Source: Blastocystis sp. Blastoise
Lineage: Eukaryota; Protista; Bigyra: Opalinata
Assembly: GCA_039096225.1 (NCBI GenBank)
Contig: JBBPEB010000002.1
Span: forward strand, 682,001 to 746,000
Direction: 5' to 3'
Length of the DNA: 64,000 nucleotides
The position numbers and the translations under genes were made by a program. Every line of letters starts with the position of its first letter. Positions within the stretch are counted from its first letter, which is position 1. Shown here piece by piece: positions 12,709-31,208 of the stretch. The notes beneath the pieces are model-generated. The model saw nothing but the letters and a program-made list of their open reading frames with translations, did not search any database and was not told the DNA's origin.

Positions 12709-15700
12709 CTAGTCACAATTTAATAGTGAACTTTTTAAGACCTTTGTGGTAAGGTTATTACTGAGTATTGGTAATCTAAGATCTTCCATATACTTTTCCA
12801 CAATTTCGCTGCTATTCAATGATGAAAGAAGATCTTGATTACACGTACTTGACATGTATGCTTGAAGCAACTCAGGCTTCATAGATGTTTGAAAACAGCT
12901 TTTTATTCTTCGTAAAGTACTAAAACAAGTCTCACTTTTGATACTTGTTGGGTTGACTGTTAAACATATTTGCACAGCGACCTCATACATTGTATAGTTT
13001 ATTTGATACTTTTTGCGGATCATTTCAATAATATCACTTATTGAAGATTCAAGAGAAATAATTGTTTTTAAATAATTTATCATCTGTCCTATTTTAGATA
13101 CAAAATCAATAGGAAGGCGAAAAGAGAATAGAGAATAGAAAGTCTGTATGCACAATAATTGAGTATCTTCACTAGTTCTGAGAATAAGATCAGGTGTAAC
13201 GAATAATGAAAGTGATAAATCCTTAATTATGTCTTTGTATAATCTTGTTATCATACTTTGTTTTATTCGTAATATCATAAGATTAATATTTGCTGAGAAT
13301 TGATAAATATTATTTCTATTATTTTCGAATATAATACTATATATATAATACTTTAAATAAAAAGAATATAAACTGAGTTATATATATATATATATATTCG
13401 TATAATATATGAAGATATATATGGAAATGTATATAAAAATTTCTATGGAAATGTATATGTATAGTTATATTAAATATATACTTATAATTTGATGAATCTA
13501 ATTTAGATTTTACATATAACTTCTTCTCATCTAAAGTTGTATTTGAAGTGGTTTCTTGAGATAATGACTCAATAGTACCAATCTGGTCAACATTATATGT
13601 TGAAATAATTCGTTTTTTGTCAGGATATAAAGAACGTATATCTTTAATAATATTTTCAGAGTTTCTAGTACAATTCTATATCTTCCGTGGTCTACCTCTT
13701 GATCTCTTAGTTTCAGATAATAATAAAGGAGCATTTGATTTGCTTTTACTAGAATTATTTGAATTATCTATATTCTTTAATGAATTATTAGTATTATGTA
13801 ACGGTGATAATTCGCTGTATAATATAGAATAAAATATATCTATATCTTCATCTAATATATTATAGATATTCATTATCGGTTTTTCTGGGCAAGATGTGAT
13901 TGATGTAGACGAAGAAGTAGGAAGAGAAAGAGAAGAAGATTTTTGTTTTGTCTCTTGTAACAATATAAATTGAATATATTTATCTGAATTAGTATTGTTT
14001 ATATTTGATACACATCTATTCATTCTTATATCTTTACTATGCTCATTAGCAGCAACAGGGGCCATGTTAATATCATTATCACGATTAATCAGAATGTTTT
14101 GCTTTACTCTATAATACATAATAATATATATATGAGAATTGTTATAGTAATTTAATTATGATATTTGAATATATATATATACCTTTTTGTTTGTGGAACT
14201 TGAAGACCTTTATATATATACGTTCTTTGTAAATTTTCCTTTTCCATTTCTTCCCTATAATTGAGAATTGAAAGTATTGACTCTGATATAGAAAATGAAG
14301 ACTGTTGTGGAAATGAAGTATCATAATTACTCAACGATTCTGAATTCAATATCTCTCCACTTTCAGAAAAATCATCGTGACTTGAATTTGTATCATCATA
14401 TGATAAATCATTTGCTGAATTTTCTATTATATCTATATTAAACTCATTAATATAATTAGGCATATTATTCATGATATTAATAATAGAGTCTATACAAGAT
14501 TTAGATTCTATGTTACTATACTTCTTAAGACATTGTGCTAAAGATTGAATATTAGAATATAAATAGTCTCTTCTATTAACAGCATTCTTATACATTTTCT
14601 TTATGGTTTGTGGAGAACATAGGTTAGAGAGACGATCGAATGTTTGGTTAATAATCCTAAGTGCTTCAGAAACAGTAAGAGTATCCGATTGTAACTGAGA
14701 AGATGCGTCATGCATAATACTAAGTAGATAAAACCAAGACTCAATATATAATTGAAATGATACCTCTCCTATTACCTTTAACATTTGTTCACAATTTTTG
14801 AAACATATATTATTTTTGTTATACGAATAATAATATAATAGAAATATTTTGCATAATGTCTGCTTTGAATGAATCATATAAGGATAAATAGAAAAATATC
14901 TAGCTATGAATCTTGTATCTGATATTTGTGGTAGAGTGTACAAGCTAAATCCATGATTCTTTATAAGAACCCTAATTCTTGAGCATCTTGACCAACTAGT
15001 AGCAATATTATTAATAGTATCTATGTAGAATGAAGAGTCAATAATACTTTTCTGTAAGTCCAAGAGAGAGAGATTAAGCATGTGTACACGGCATCCATAG
15101 CCGATTATTGAAGAAGGATTCATTGACAAGCCGGCAATAATACCAGATGTAATGCTTGTATTACAAATACAGTTGTCGTATGATATACAACATAAATTAC
15201 TTTTAATATAATTAAATTGCTCGAGACATTTAAGTATTGATTTTGCAATAAAAACACCTGATGGTGAAGTTTCTTCTAAGATATATAAAAAATACTGATG
15301 AATCTTAAAATTATCATCAATATAACGAATAGTAATTGTTAATTCTTCTAATTTTTGTGCTGTTGTTCCATCAGTTGTAAGACTATACAATTTGTTTCCA
15401 ACATTATTCTTTAATATTTCTATAAGGCTTTTTGAAATAATACTTATCCATTTTTGGATTGATCTTATTGATTTATATATCCTTTCATTCTCTATTAAAA
15501 ATTGATTAAATATAGGGTCATTTTTTCCAGTAAGCTTTAACAGTGTAAGAAACATACCACAATTAGTTGATGATAAAGTAGTAGTGTCACCATATATAGA
15601 GTGTATATGAGATAAACAAACACAAATACAATTATAAAACTTTGAAAGGAAATATTTCCATACTAGTTTATTATTCGTGGTTATACAATGATTTGTTGAA

Positions 15701-17142
15701 TTAGATATTAATGTTTGATTATTTTTCAAATTTTGAAGAAGACTTCTGAATTTCTTTAATGCTATTTTATGAGTACTTAAAGACATATGTGATTCTACTG
15801 TAGTGTATATATATTTATTTCCTGATAACATAGGATCTTCAGAATAAAGGAGACAAGCAATACAATACCATTTATGTTCATCTTGATTATATGATATAAA
15901 CTTATTGTATACTCCATTATGCTTCAAAATACTTTTAAGTGATGGATACTTTAGAGACTCAACATCATAGAACATATTATCATCAGCCAAATATGAAAGT
16001 AATTGTATTATATCACTTCTATTATTATTCAAGTAAATCTTCCATCTTTCATTCTTATTAAGAATAGAATTCATATCCTCACTCATAGAAGATTCAATAC
16101 TATTCTGCTTAACTAAACTGAAGAATTGATCATTACATTTAAGACAAGATTTAATATTCTCTATAGGATAATAATGAGAATTATCATCAACTTGTTTTGC
16201 TATTTCAGATGTTTTATAAGATATATTTTGACTAATATTAGTATTATATTGTGATTCGTCTCTTGCAGAAGATTTAGTATTCATATTTTTATAAGAATCA
16301 GGAAGAAGTAAATACATGTTATTAACAATATCTATTGTTGTGGAAGCAGAGAGTAGGAGAGATCCAAATGAATCTGAAATGTATCTTGATAAGGAAATTA
16401 GTTTGGCAGCAACAACTTCTATTGCTTTCGTATTTAAAGATGTAACTGTATAAACTTGTTCTAAATATAGTATATATATACTATAAACTATATATATACC
16501 TAAAGAATTATTATCCTTCTTCTTCTCCTCTTCTCTTTCAACTGATAATAAATCTACTATATATATTATTAATTATTAATTATTAATTATTAATTATTAT
16601 ATATATATACCTAAAGAATTATTATCCTTCTTCTTCTCATCTTCTCTTTCAACTGATAATAAATCTACTATATATATTATTAATTATTAATTATTATATA
16701 TATATACCTAAAGAATTATTATCCTTCTTCTTCTCCTCTTCTCTTTCAACTGATAATAAATCTACTATATATATTATTAATTATTAATTATTATATATAT
16801 ATACCTAAAGAATTATTATCCTTCTTCTTCTCCTCTTCTCTTTCAACTGATAATAAATCTACTATATATATTATTAATTATTAATTATTAATTATTAATT
16901 ATTATACATATGTATATACAACTAAACTGTAAGCTGGGGTCTTCTATGCTGCCATTCTTAGATATAATACCATCAATGAATTTTAATTCTTTCTTTAGGG
17001 ATACTTTATTACATATAGTATTGATAATTAGGTAATTAAAAAACATACCACATATATATCCATCTTCTTGACAATATACACTTATTTTCTCATTTGCTAA
17101 TCGTACAGATTTATAACCTTCTTGAATAATACGTTTTGACAA
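12709..17142 (-). pseudogene. intron-containing hAT transposase (ZMYM1/DUF4371-like), probably disrupted
   Basis: YSLTTDGTT (first D), ISYDN (second D), GCRVHMLNL (CxxH) and DTRF in ORF 14152-16317. C-terminal dimerisation domain PTSIKSETCFSTLRRIKS in 12709-13278. GTATA..TAG introns near 14110-14180, 13340-13480 and 16465-16920. In-frame TAG at 13676. Confidence 0.88.
16490..16900 (-). repeat. 4 tandem ~100-bp intron+microexon units in the transposase 5' region
   Basis: Unit ...TAG|TAGATTTATTATCAGTTGAAAGAGAAGAGGAGAAGAAGAAGGATAATAATTCTTTAG|GTATAT occurs 4 times. The exon is 57 nt (54 with the alternative NAGNAG acceptor). Confidence 0.85.
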
Positions 17143-18459
17143 AGATTTATTTACTAAATTACATATATTTATTTATATATACATATATAATACATGCTGC
17201 TATTTCTTTTAGTGTTTTTATTTTACCTTTATAAAACGCTTTTTGTTTATTCTCAATTTCTAGACATTTTTAATAATAATATCTAATGAATACCTTCAAT
17301 AATAAAAATAACATTGTAACCTGACTTTTGAACCATATCTATGAACTTCTTATATTCTTTTATTTTTTGAACTCTCCCATTCTATATTTAAAATGACTTT
17401 ACATAAAATATTAAATTACTTACATGTATTTTTGGTAAAAGATCGCTAATAGAGTGTTTATGATGAGTATCATCATAATAATTTTCAGCATTTTGTCGTA
17501 AATATTTTCTTACATATATTGGAAGCAAGTATATAATAAATGAAGCTGTTATCATGGTATATAATGCTATATAACCCTTTAAAAAAGTATATTTTATAAA
17601 AAAAAGAAAAGAATATTTTTCTTTTTTGCGATTAAAATGACTTTTTCAAAATATTTTTTAAATATATATTTCATTTATTCCTTTTAAGACTTAGACTATA
17701 GCCGTTTAGGTAGAAAATCATTTAAGAAGTCTTTGTTTTTTCATTTTATTCAGTCTTCATTAAAGTATTGAAAATTCTTTAAAATGATTATTGTTTTGTC
17801 TATACTTTTAAATATGTCTCCTATCCAATTTTGATAATTACGATGATTCCTAACGATTTAACAACTTTTTTACTAAATCCATTGAATGCTCAGTCGATCT
17901 GATGGACACTTGACTGCTATGGAAATAGTTGATATGTCACAATTTAGTTATATTAATAAATTTATGAACACTAAAGGATATGAAAGAAGTTTATATTCAT
18001 CAAATAATTAGTTTTTAAAAAGAAATTATAAAAATAAAATGTCAAAAATGAACACAACGTGGGTAGATCCTCAAGCTAAAGGAAACATTAAGGCTTCCCA
18101 ATCTCTTGGACTATATTTTTAATAAAATTTTAGTATATATTGTTTATATAATGTTAATAAACTTTATTTATTATTAATTTTATTCATTTTGTTTCACGAC
18201 TCTCAAAGTATAGTTTATCTACATTAGTTTAAAATAAATCTTACGTTAATAAGTTGAATTCATCCTAAAAGTATAGAAATAATCAACATCTTTATTATTG
18301 ATAAAATAAAATGCAATAAGACTATTTTAAAATTCTTAAAGTACAAATGTTCTTCTATATAGCATGAAAATGTCTTATATTGTATATTTAAAAAGAATCT
18401 TGATTAAATACTTTAAAAAGTTTAAATTTTATATCATTCTATTTTAATCATGTATATAT

Positions 18460-23750
<5,291 letters not shown>

Positions 23751-24545
23751 TGTTTATATATATATATAAGATAATAAATGATAACAACTGGATAATAATT
23801 CTAAAGTTGAACTATATATATATTATTTTCATAATCATAAATATCATAAATATAATCATAAATACTATAATAAATACACTAATAAATATAACAATAAATA
23901 TATACTCATTGATATTTTTATACATAAAAGGAACAACAAATAATTCTAAATATAAAAAGAATTTCACACGCAATTAAAGTATTGACCTCTACATCTATAT
24001 ATATAATTTGTTATCAAAAATGAAATAATATTCCTTTTAAATATAAGTAACAAAATAACGATCACCATAATAAACTAATATAAAAATAAATCAATGAAAT
24101 AATAATTATAGAAAGCAATTATAATATAATTAATATAAATACTAATCAAACCTTATAGATAACGCACAATAAATACTCTTGAAAAATAGTGACCATCCTG
24201 AACTATAAAATAAAGATAAATCAAATAAATATTACGAATGAAGAAACGAATTATATACAAAAAATACTTGTTGATCCATTTGAACCATCTGGAATGCTTA
24301 TAGATCCTGATTTCACAGTATAAAGAGTTGTTTAAAAGCTAAAAGCCTTGATACCTAAAGAAAGAAAGTAATTAAGTAAAGCAGATTATAAAAATTAAAA
24401 TAAATACTCAAGGCGAATACTCTTGATAAACTAAGTTAATTAAATTAAACCAAAATGAATGATCGTATCAAGAGATAATCAAAATAAATATATAAAAGAA
24501 CAAGTTTCATAAAGAGATGTTTTTCCAAGAAATAAAAATAAAAAA

Positions 24546-24620
24546 GCCTCTTGCGAGACTCGATCCAGCGACAATTACCATAATAGCTACAGCGCTGGTC
24601 AATTATACCAACCGATTTCT
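24546..24620 (-). pseudogene. degenerate tRNA-like remnant
   Basis: GC island with B-box-like GGATCGAGTC, tRNA length, T-run immediately downstream. Stems are poor. Confidence 0.4.
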
Positions 24621-24911
24621 CAATTTTATTTTTTCATGTGTTCTATATAATAAGTTTAAAATTATTTGATATCTTCAAATATTATATTTATGCTCTTTTA
24701 TTACATTTATAACATTCTAGAAATACTTAGAATTGTTTTTAAACAATAATTACTATTTTTTGAAAAAAAAAGTTTGTTGATATGTTGATTCTAAACTAAA
24801 AAGCAGATATCAATGATGTAAATAATGTTTACAGATAATAAAAATGAAACAAAGTTGATTTTAAATAAAATCATTGTAAATAGCAGTCAAAAGAAAAAGT
24901 TTAAAAAAATA

Positions 24912-24980
24912 GTTCCTCGTAAGATTCGATCCGTCCACTATGTAAAAATTTTATACGCACTAACCACTCGATCAAACAAC
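24912..24980 (-). pseudogene. degenerate tRNA-like remnant
   Basis: A-box-like GAGTGGTTAG, B-box-like GGATCGAATC, downstream T-run. Confidence 0.4.
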
Positions 24981-25958
24981 TTCTCTATTATATGTGTCAT
25001 GTAATCATATAATAATTATAAAACTAGCGACTACTAACCGTTTTTTTATTTTTTTATTTTTAAACATAAAAACAATATATTTTATGATATAAATATTATA
25101 AATGTGTTGTGTGACTTATTCTTCATATAAAATGCATTTTAAAAGCATTTTATAAGGCTATTAAAAATCATTTTGTTGGACGTATTGTTTTTTCAAATCC
25201 AGCTTTTGTTCATTGTATTGTTTTTTGTTTGATTTTTGAAAAATAATATTTTAATATGCTTTTCGTTTATTTAATTTTTATTACTTGTCAGGGTCTATCT
25301 GTAGAGTTCCTACAAGACTACTTCGTGATATTTATATAAAAATAAAAACTTTTTAATTACATTATTATATTATATATTATTATTTTTGCATTTATTGAAT
25401 TTTTTTTGATTGTAAACATAAGTAAAACTCTTTATCATAACCTACAAAAAAATATATTAAGCAATTGACTTTTGTCACAAATAATTTTTATTTGTCACCC
25501 AAATTAACACAAATAGTCATACATCCAACTCATGTTCGTTGTTATTTGATGACTGATGAACTTTTCAGTCATGTATTTGTCACAACATGTGTCACAAAAA
25601 TCTTCTTAGATTACTTATTTCAAAACAGTTATACATTATATATCAAAATGATATGTTTTTAGTCAAAAACTGTCACGTCATAATATAATAGTCAATGAAT
25701 GAATTATCTTTTTTATGTCACCAGGTCCTTTTTTTGTGAAAAGTGTGTAAATCGACGTGTCTTGATGAGCTGAGTTTGAAAATATTTTTTTTAGATTTTT
25801 AAAAAGAAAAACAAAAAAGTTATTTATCATTTTTCATTTTTGTGTCACAAATTTTGGTGACAATTGCGACGCCGCAAAAAAAAAGGGCCTTTTGGAAGTC
25901 GCTGAATTTTTATTTTTAATAATATTACAATTTCTTCAGTTCTTTTCAATAATTACTA

Positions 25959-28668
25959 CTAGGGTCACGCCGCAGGTCCGGGGCCTAACGGCACCGGACC
26001 GCGGCTGCATAAAATAATAACAGTTTGGCTTTTATTTTCTTTTTTTCATTATTATATATTATTTATTATTATTTATTATTTATTATCTATTACATATTAT
26101 ATAGTATATATTATTATTTATTATTTATTATTTATTATATATTATATATTATATATTACTTTAATAACACTTCTTATACTCTATATGGAGAGTTACAATC
26201 ATTTATTGATTGTAATCAGGTTCAATTCCTAATATAAGAATTAAATAAACTATTTAAATAATATCAAAAAAATAAAAAACAATACTTGAAAGAAAATAAA
26301 AAAACTATTTTGAATCATTATATATATTATTTATTATTTTTAAAATATATTTTGTATTTAGTAACAATTAAACAACTTTCTTAAGCATTTTTTGAGTTTT
26401 TAAAGTCAATAACTTTGGAAATGAGTCACAATGTGAAGTACTCTCAAGTATTTTTAAGTCATAAAATTCATTTAAATAAGCATAATATAATAATTTTAAC
26501 TCATTTTAATACTTTTTAAAAGAATTTTGAAGTTTTAAGTATAACAAAGTCAACATTCATTGTCACTTTGACAACTAAAACATGGTTTAAAAAGTTAATA
26601 TTTCTACAGTCGTCTCTAATAATGATCTTAAACACAAATAACTTGAAAATGTAACTTTTAAAGAGACTTTACCCATTCAAGATCCACTGTATCAAAATAA
26701 TTTCCTTCAGTCTTTTGATATAGTATAGAGTTTATCATACTATTTATTAAATAAAAGTAAATGTTTTGAATCTCTTTCTTAAAGACCCTTCTTGATACAT
26801 TATGAAAAGTTTACACACTTAAAATCATTTTTATAAGCTAATATTTACACACTATACTTAATAAGACCATAGCTACACATTGGTGATCACTTTAAAACAT
26901 TTTATAAACCTTTTGCATTTGCTCATTTACTTCGACCAAAATATTTTCGTCCCTCCTTTTGACATAATATAGAGTATGTGCTCTAGTTATATGAAAGTGA
27001 GGGGGGAATTTTGAATCTCGTCCTCTAAGTCAATCATTTTCACATTTTTAAAAATTAAGACCCTTAGAGTTGATTTTTGAAGTTAATTTTTCTACAGTGT
27101 TCCAAAAACACGATTTTGCTCAAACTGAAGTAAAAATATTTTTTCAATAACTCTCACAACCCTTTACACATGCAGTCTCTAAAAATAGTTTTTGCTATAT
27201 TTTTGATATGTTGTAGAGTGTCTCTTAGTGTATACTGAACAATATCTCGTTTCTTAAAACTCTCATTTTATGACTCTCTTTGAACATATTTTTACTAATT
27301 GAAAGGCTTAAACATATTTTTAAAAGCTAATATTTACATAGTAGACTTTATATGACAATATAAACACATTAGTCAACACTTTAGACTTTTTAAGGACACT
27401 TTACCATTTGCTCATACACTTTGATCAAAATATTTTTGTCCCTCCTTTTAACATAATATAGCTCATACACTCTAGTTTAATGAATAAACACTCTTATTTT
27501 GAATCTCGTCCTCTAAGTTAGTCATTTTTACATTTTTTTAAATTTAAGACCCTTAGAGTTGACCTTCTGACTCAATTTTTCTACAGTGCACGAAATTCAC
27601 GATTTAACATAAACTGAAGTAAAAATATTTTTAAATAACTTTCACAACACCTCACACATCCACTCTCTAAAAATTATTTTCTTTGTACTTTTGATATGTT
27701 GTAGAGCTACTACAGCTGTACACTAATTAATATCTATAAATTTTTTATTCATAGTCTAAGACTATGTTTTACACATTCTTTTGAATTTGACAACCTTAAA
27801 CTATTTATTTAAAGTTCTTATTCATAGAATATACTTAATACATGATTCTATACACATATTCAAACCCTTTTACTTTTTAAGACACATTTTGTCATTTGGT
27901 CATACACTTTGACCTTCATAATTTTGACTCTTCTTTTAACATAGTATAGAGTTATAAGTCCAGTTTACTAATTAAAAGTCATTATATTGAATCTCTTACT
28001 CTAAGACCACTTAATTCACATTTTTCAGAATTGTGACACTCAAACTCATTATTTTAAAACTTTGTTTTAACTATAGTAGTTTGAGGACCTATCAATTACA
28101 ATACTGTAATATTAGTCGATTATAAGAAGATCGATGAAAATATCGATCACTCAAAAATCGTCCTCAGGAGCTCAAAATTGGTACACCTAGGTTTTTCGAC
28201 CTCCTGAATCAGAATATGCTGTCAAATTAAGAATCTAAATTTGACCGTTAAGGCCTCACGTGTTCAATATGAAAAAGTATTAAAAAATAGATAAATATAA
28301 AGAATAAACACCGATAACGTATATTGTGGGATTGAGAAAAAATCAAGTTTACCCCATGTTTATTTTCCAATTGTCTGGTCAACAATTTTTATCGGGGTCA
28401 TCCCAAAGAGCCAATCAAAAACGACTCAAAAATCATGTTTTCTGTTTTATTAATAACTTTTTAATTATTAATAATATCGCTTAACCAAATATACGGTGCA
28501 AAACTACATGTTATATCCTATTGAACTGTGTTTCAACCAAACATTAACTCCCCGTAAGTTTAGAGGAGTTGTGTCCACAAACTATAGCATACATTAGCCA
28601 ATCAAATGCATTTTCCAAAAACTGACCAATGGGAATTTTTTTGCCTATTCTCATATATATAGTAATGA
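25959..28668 (-). mobile_element. non-autonomous Helitron, copy 2 (inverted relative to copy 1)
   Basis: A|TCATTACTAT at 28668, GC hairpin plus CTAG|T at 25959. Colinear with and highly similar to 3665-6373 throughout. Confidence 0.88.
26171..26240 (+). ncRNA. tRNA-like cloverleaf with B-box inside Helitron copy 2
   Basis: TTCTTATACTCTATATGGAGAGTTACAATCATTTATTGATTGTAATCAGGTTCAATTCCTAATATAAGAA. Confidence 0.5.
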
Positions 28669-29276
28669 TAATTATATACCTTTCCCTTTTTTGTTGCTAA
28701 ACATGGATTACGAGAAACTTCATCCATTACTCCATCACAGATACTACAGAAGACCTTATCTATTCCATCGACATTCAAAATATAAAATAAATTTTCTTCT
28801 TTTTTTGTCTTTTTATTTAGGAATGTTGCTTTCCAAATCAGTGAATTTTCTATATATAATACTAAAGAATATATAGTATTATCCATACTTGATGATATAT
28901 TTTTCTGCTTAATTTCATGAATACAATCATGAGTTGTAGTTGGAAGTTGGTTTGACGATGTTTGGGGAACACTTAAGACCTATAAGTAAATGCATTGCAA
29001 AAAAATATGTACTTTACTTTTTGAGTTTTTTCGTTACTAGTATCATCGGACAGTATCTCCGACGTATCTGAGCAATCTAAATCCATTATATGATGGAGAA
29101 ATACAAAGAAATAATAATAATAAAATTATCAAAGTCATGACAACTCCCATAAAAAATCGATTTGACTTTTAAAAAACAGCAGTGACTTTTCCCATAAATT
29201 TTTAGTAATCATGAGTCACGATGACTAAAAAAATCACGACTATAGTCACATAAACCTTAGTCATTGCTCATCTCTA
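28669..29276 (-). mobile_element. probable end of another hAT element, cut by the Helitron
   Basis: TAGAGATGAGCA terminus at 29276, GTCA(C/T)GA subterminal motifs, and a downstream KVFCSIC (BED-finger-like) ORF fragment. Partner TIR not found. Confidence 0.35.
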
Positions 29277-29366
29277 GTTTTTTTGCATTTTAGACCTTTC
29301 AAATATTTGTATTCTCAGTTTTCAAAAATTTTTAATTTTTTTTCATTATTATATTATCAACATGAA

Positions 29367-29544
29367 CAGTAAATTTGTTTGGCCTTTATTTACTGCGCAA
29401 CAATTGTCACAAGAAAAGTTATACTTTTGATACTTTTTTGAAACTGTAAACATATTTCTTTTAGTATTTAGCCATATTAAGTCTCACTTAAGTGTCTTTT
29501 TGTGACAGTCACAGCAAGTGTCACAAAATGTTTATAAGATACTG
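29367..29544 (-). mobile_element. old degenerate copy of the 193-bp hAT MITE
   Basis: Reverse-complement similarity to 2734-2926 (CAATTGTCACA..., GTCACAGCAAGTGTCACAAAA...ACTG). No TSD retained. Confidence 0.65.
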
Positions 29545-29711
29545 AATTTAGCAATAAAAGTTAAGAAAATAAATGAATATAGAAAAAAAATATGTATTAG
29601 AAATAAAATTAATCCTTTTATGGGTTTTTCTTGTATATTTCAGGTTTTTCACGGTTATAACAAAACACGAAAAATTATGGTTTTACAACAATAACTGACC
29701 TGTAAAATATT

Positions 29712-30872
29712 TTACAGCTTTTCACCAACATTCATCTCCTGACTGAAAGATGTTGATTTTTTTATATCTTTATTACTAACAATATTGAAAGTAATAGAAG
29801 AATTATTGAAAGTACAGTTACTGAAAAACTTACCTAAATCAGCTACTTGTGAAACCTCAACATCCTCTTGTGTTTGTTGTACCTTCTTCGGTGATTGCAT
29901 CAGTGTCTTCTTGGAAATCATCAATCTATTAGTTATAGAAGAGTCTATATAGTGTTGAGCAACGGCAGCACTCTTCCAACGGCCTTGAACTTGCAATTCA
30001 TGAATACTCGCGTTTCCATTAGCTAGCAATGTTGCCATTGTACGTCTGAAACAATGACCAGTATATTTCTCATAGTTATTTAAACCTAAATATTTAGCTA
30101 TATATTTAGGAAAATCACCTATTGCTTTTAGGCCCACATTCTGAGATGTAAATCCATCGTTTGAAACCACAAGAAAGAAATGTACTTCAGGATCATCAGG
30201 TAGAAGGTTATAGTAAGTAGATAAATGATCATAAATCATTATTCCATCATTCTCATTAGGAATTATACCATCGAATCCACAACCTGCTTGATCAACCTTG
30301 CTTCTTTCAATATGGGCAGTTATCTGTCTATTTTCAATCTATATATTATATATAATAATTAATATTAATAATATTTATATATGTTTATATTTATATATGA
30401 TTACAATAATATTTTTCTTCTTCATAGAATACAGCTCACTCCTACTCAATCCACAATAGATACCAATTATTAGTGCGACCTTCAACTGTAGAAAGTATAG
30501 TCCATCGACAGGAAAATTAATGAATTGAATGCATTCTTCTTTACTAAGAGCCTTGCTTTGCTTGGGAGGAGGACATACCTTGACATGATTTGTTACAGCA
30601 GAATTTATTAGTGAATTAGAAACAGGATTAACAAAGATTTCTTCTTTAGATGTTATCATTTTCTTTATTCCGGAGAGTTTAGATCTTATTGTTGAGCTAG
30701 CGAAGTGTTTATTGATCAAATACTGGGTGTAAATCATTAGACACTGATCAGTAGATTTCCCGGGCATTCTAGATGAGAAGTTTTTAAACTCTTTGTACCA
30801 TTTATCGTATCTATTACCACTTTTAACAGGAATAATATCAAGTTTAGTAGGGATTTCTTCTTTTTCATCCAT
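29712..30872 (-). CDS. tyrosine recombinase (Crypton-like), two exons, 364 aa
   Basis: Exons 30872-30405 and 30338-29712 joined in frame by a 66-nt GT..AG intron. Motifs GLSRSEL, SKVDQ, TGHCFRR, GRW and AQHY. Confidence 0.88.
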
Positions 30873-31080
30873 AATGTAAATAAAATATTTATGCTATTAT
30901 TTTTGTTATTATTAACATTTCGTTGTTTAGTTATTTATAAATTTTATAATAATCAAATAATAATAGAGAAAAATGTCAAATCATTATTTTTTATTGGATA
31001 AAAATGGGAGTAAGAAAAGATAATTGGTATAACAAAAACACTATGATATTATTGATTAAAAAAACCCATAAAAATCCATA

Positions 31081-31208
31081 ACAGGCCTATTTTGGTAAAC
31101 TGGGCAATATTTCACGTGTTTACTATTAATAGGGGTCTTTACTTCGTAAAAGACCCCTATTAATAGCAAAACACCTGAAAATTACCCAGTTTACCAAAAT
31201 AGACCTGT
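31081..31208. repeat. 128-bp imperfect palindrome upstream of the recombinase
   Basis: ACAGGCCTATTTTGGTAAACTGGG...CTATTAATAGGGGTCTTT / AAAGACCCCTATTAATAG...CCCAGTTTACCAAAATAGACCTGT. Confidence 0.92.

Noticed and set aside
16490-16900. CRISPR-like array
   Set aside because: No unique spacers, eukaryotic context, and the units carry splice signals.
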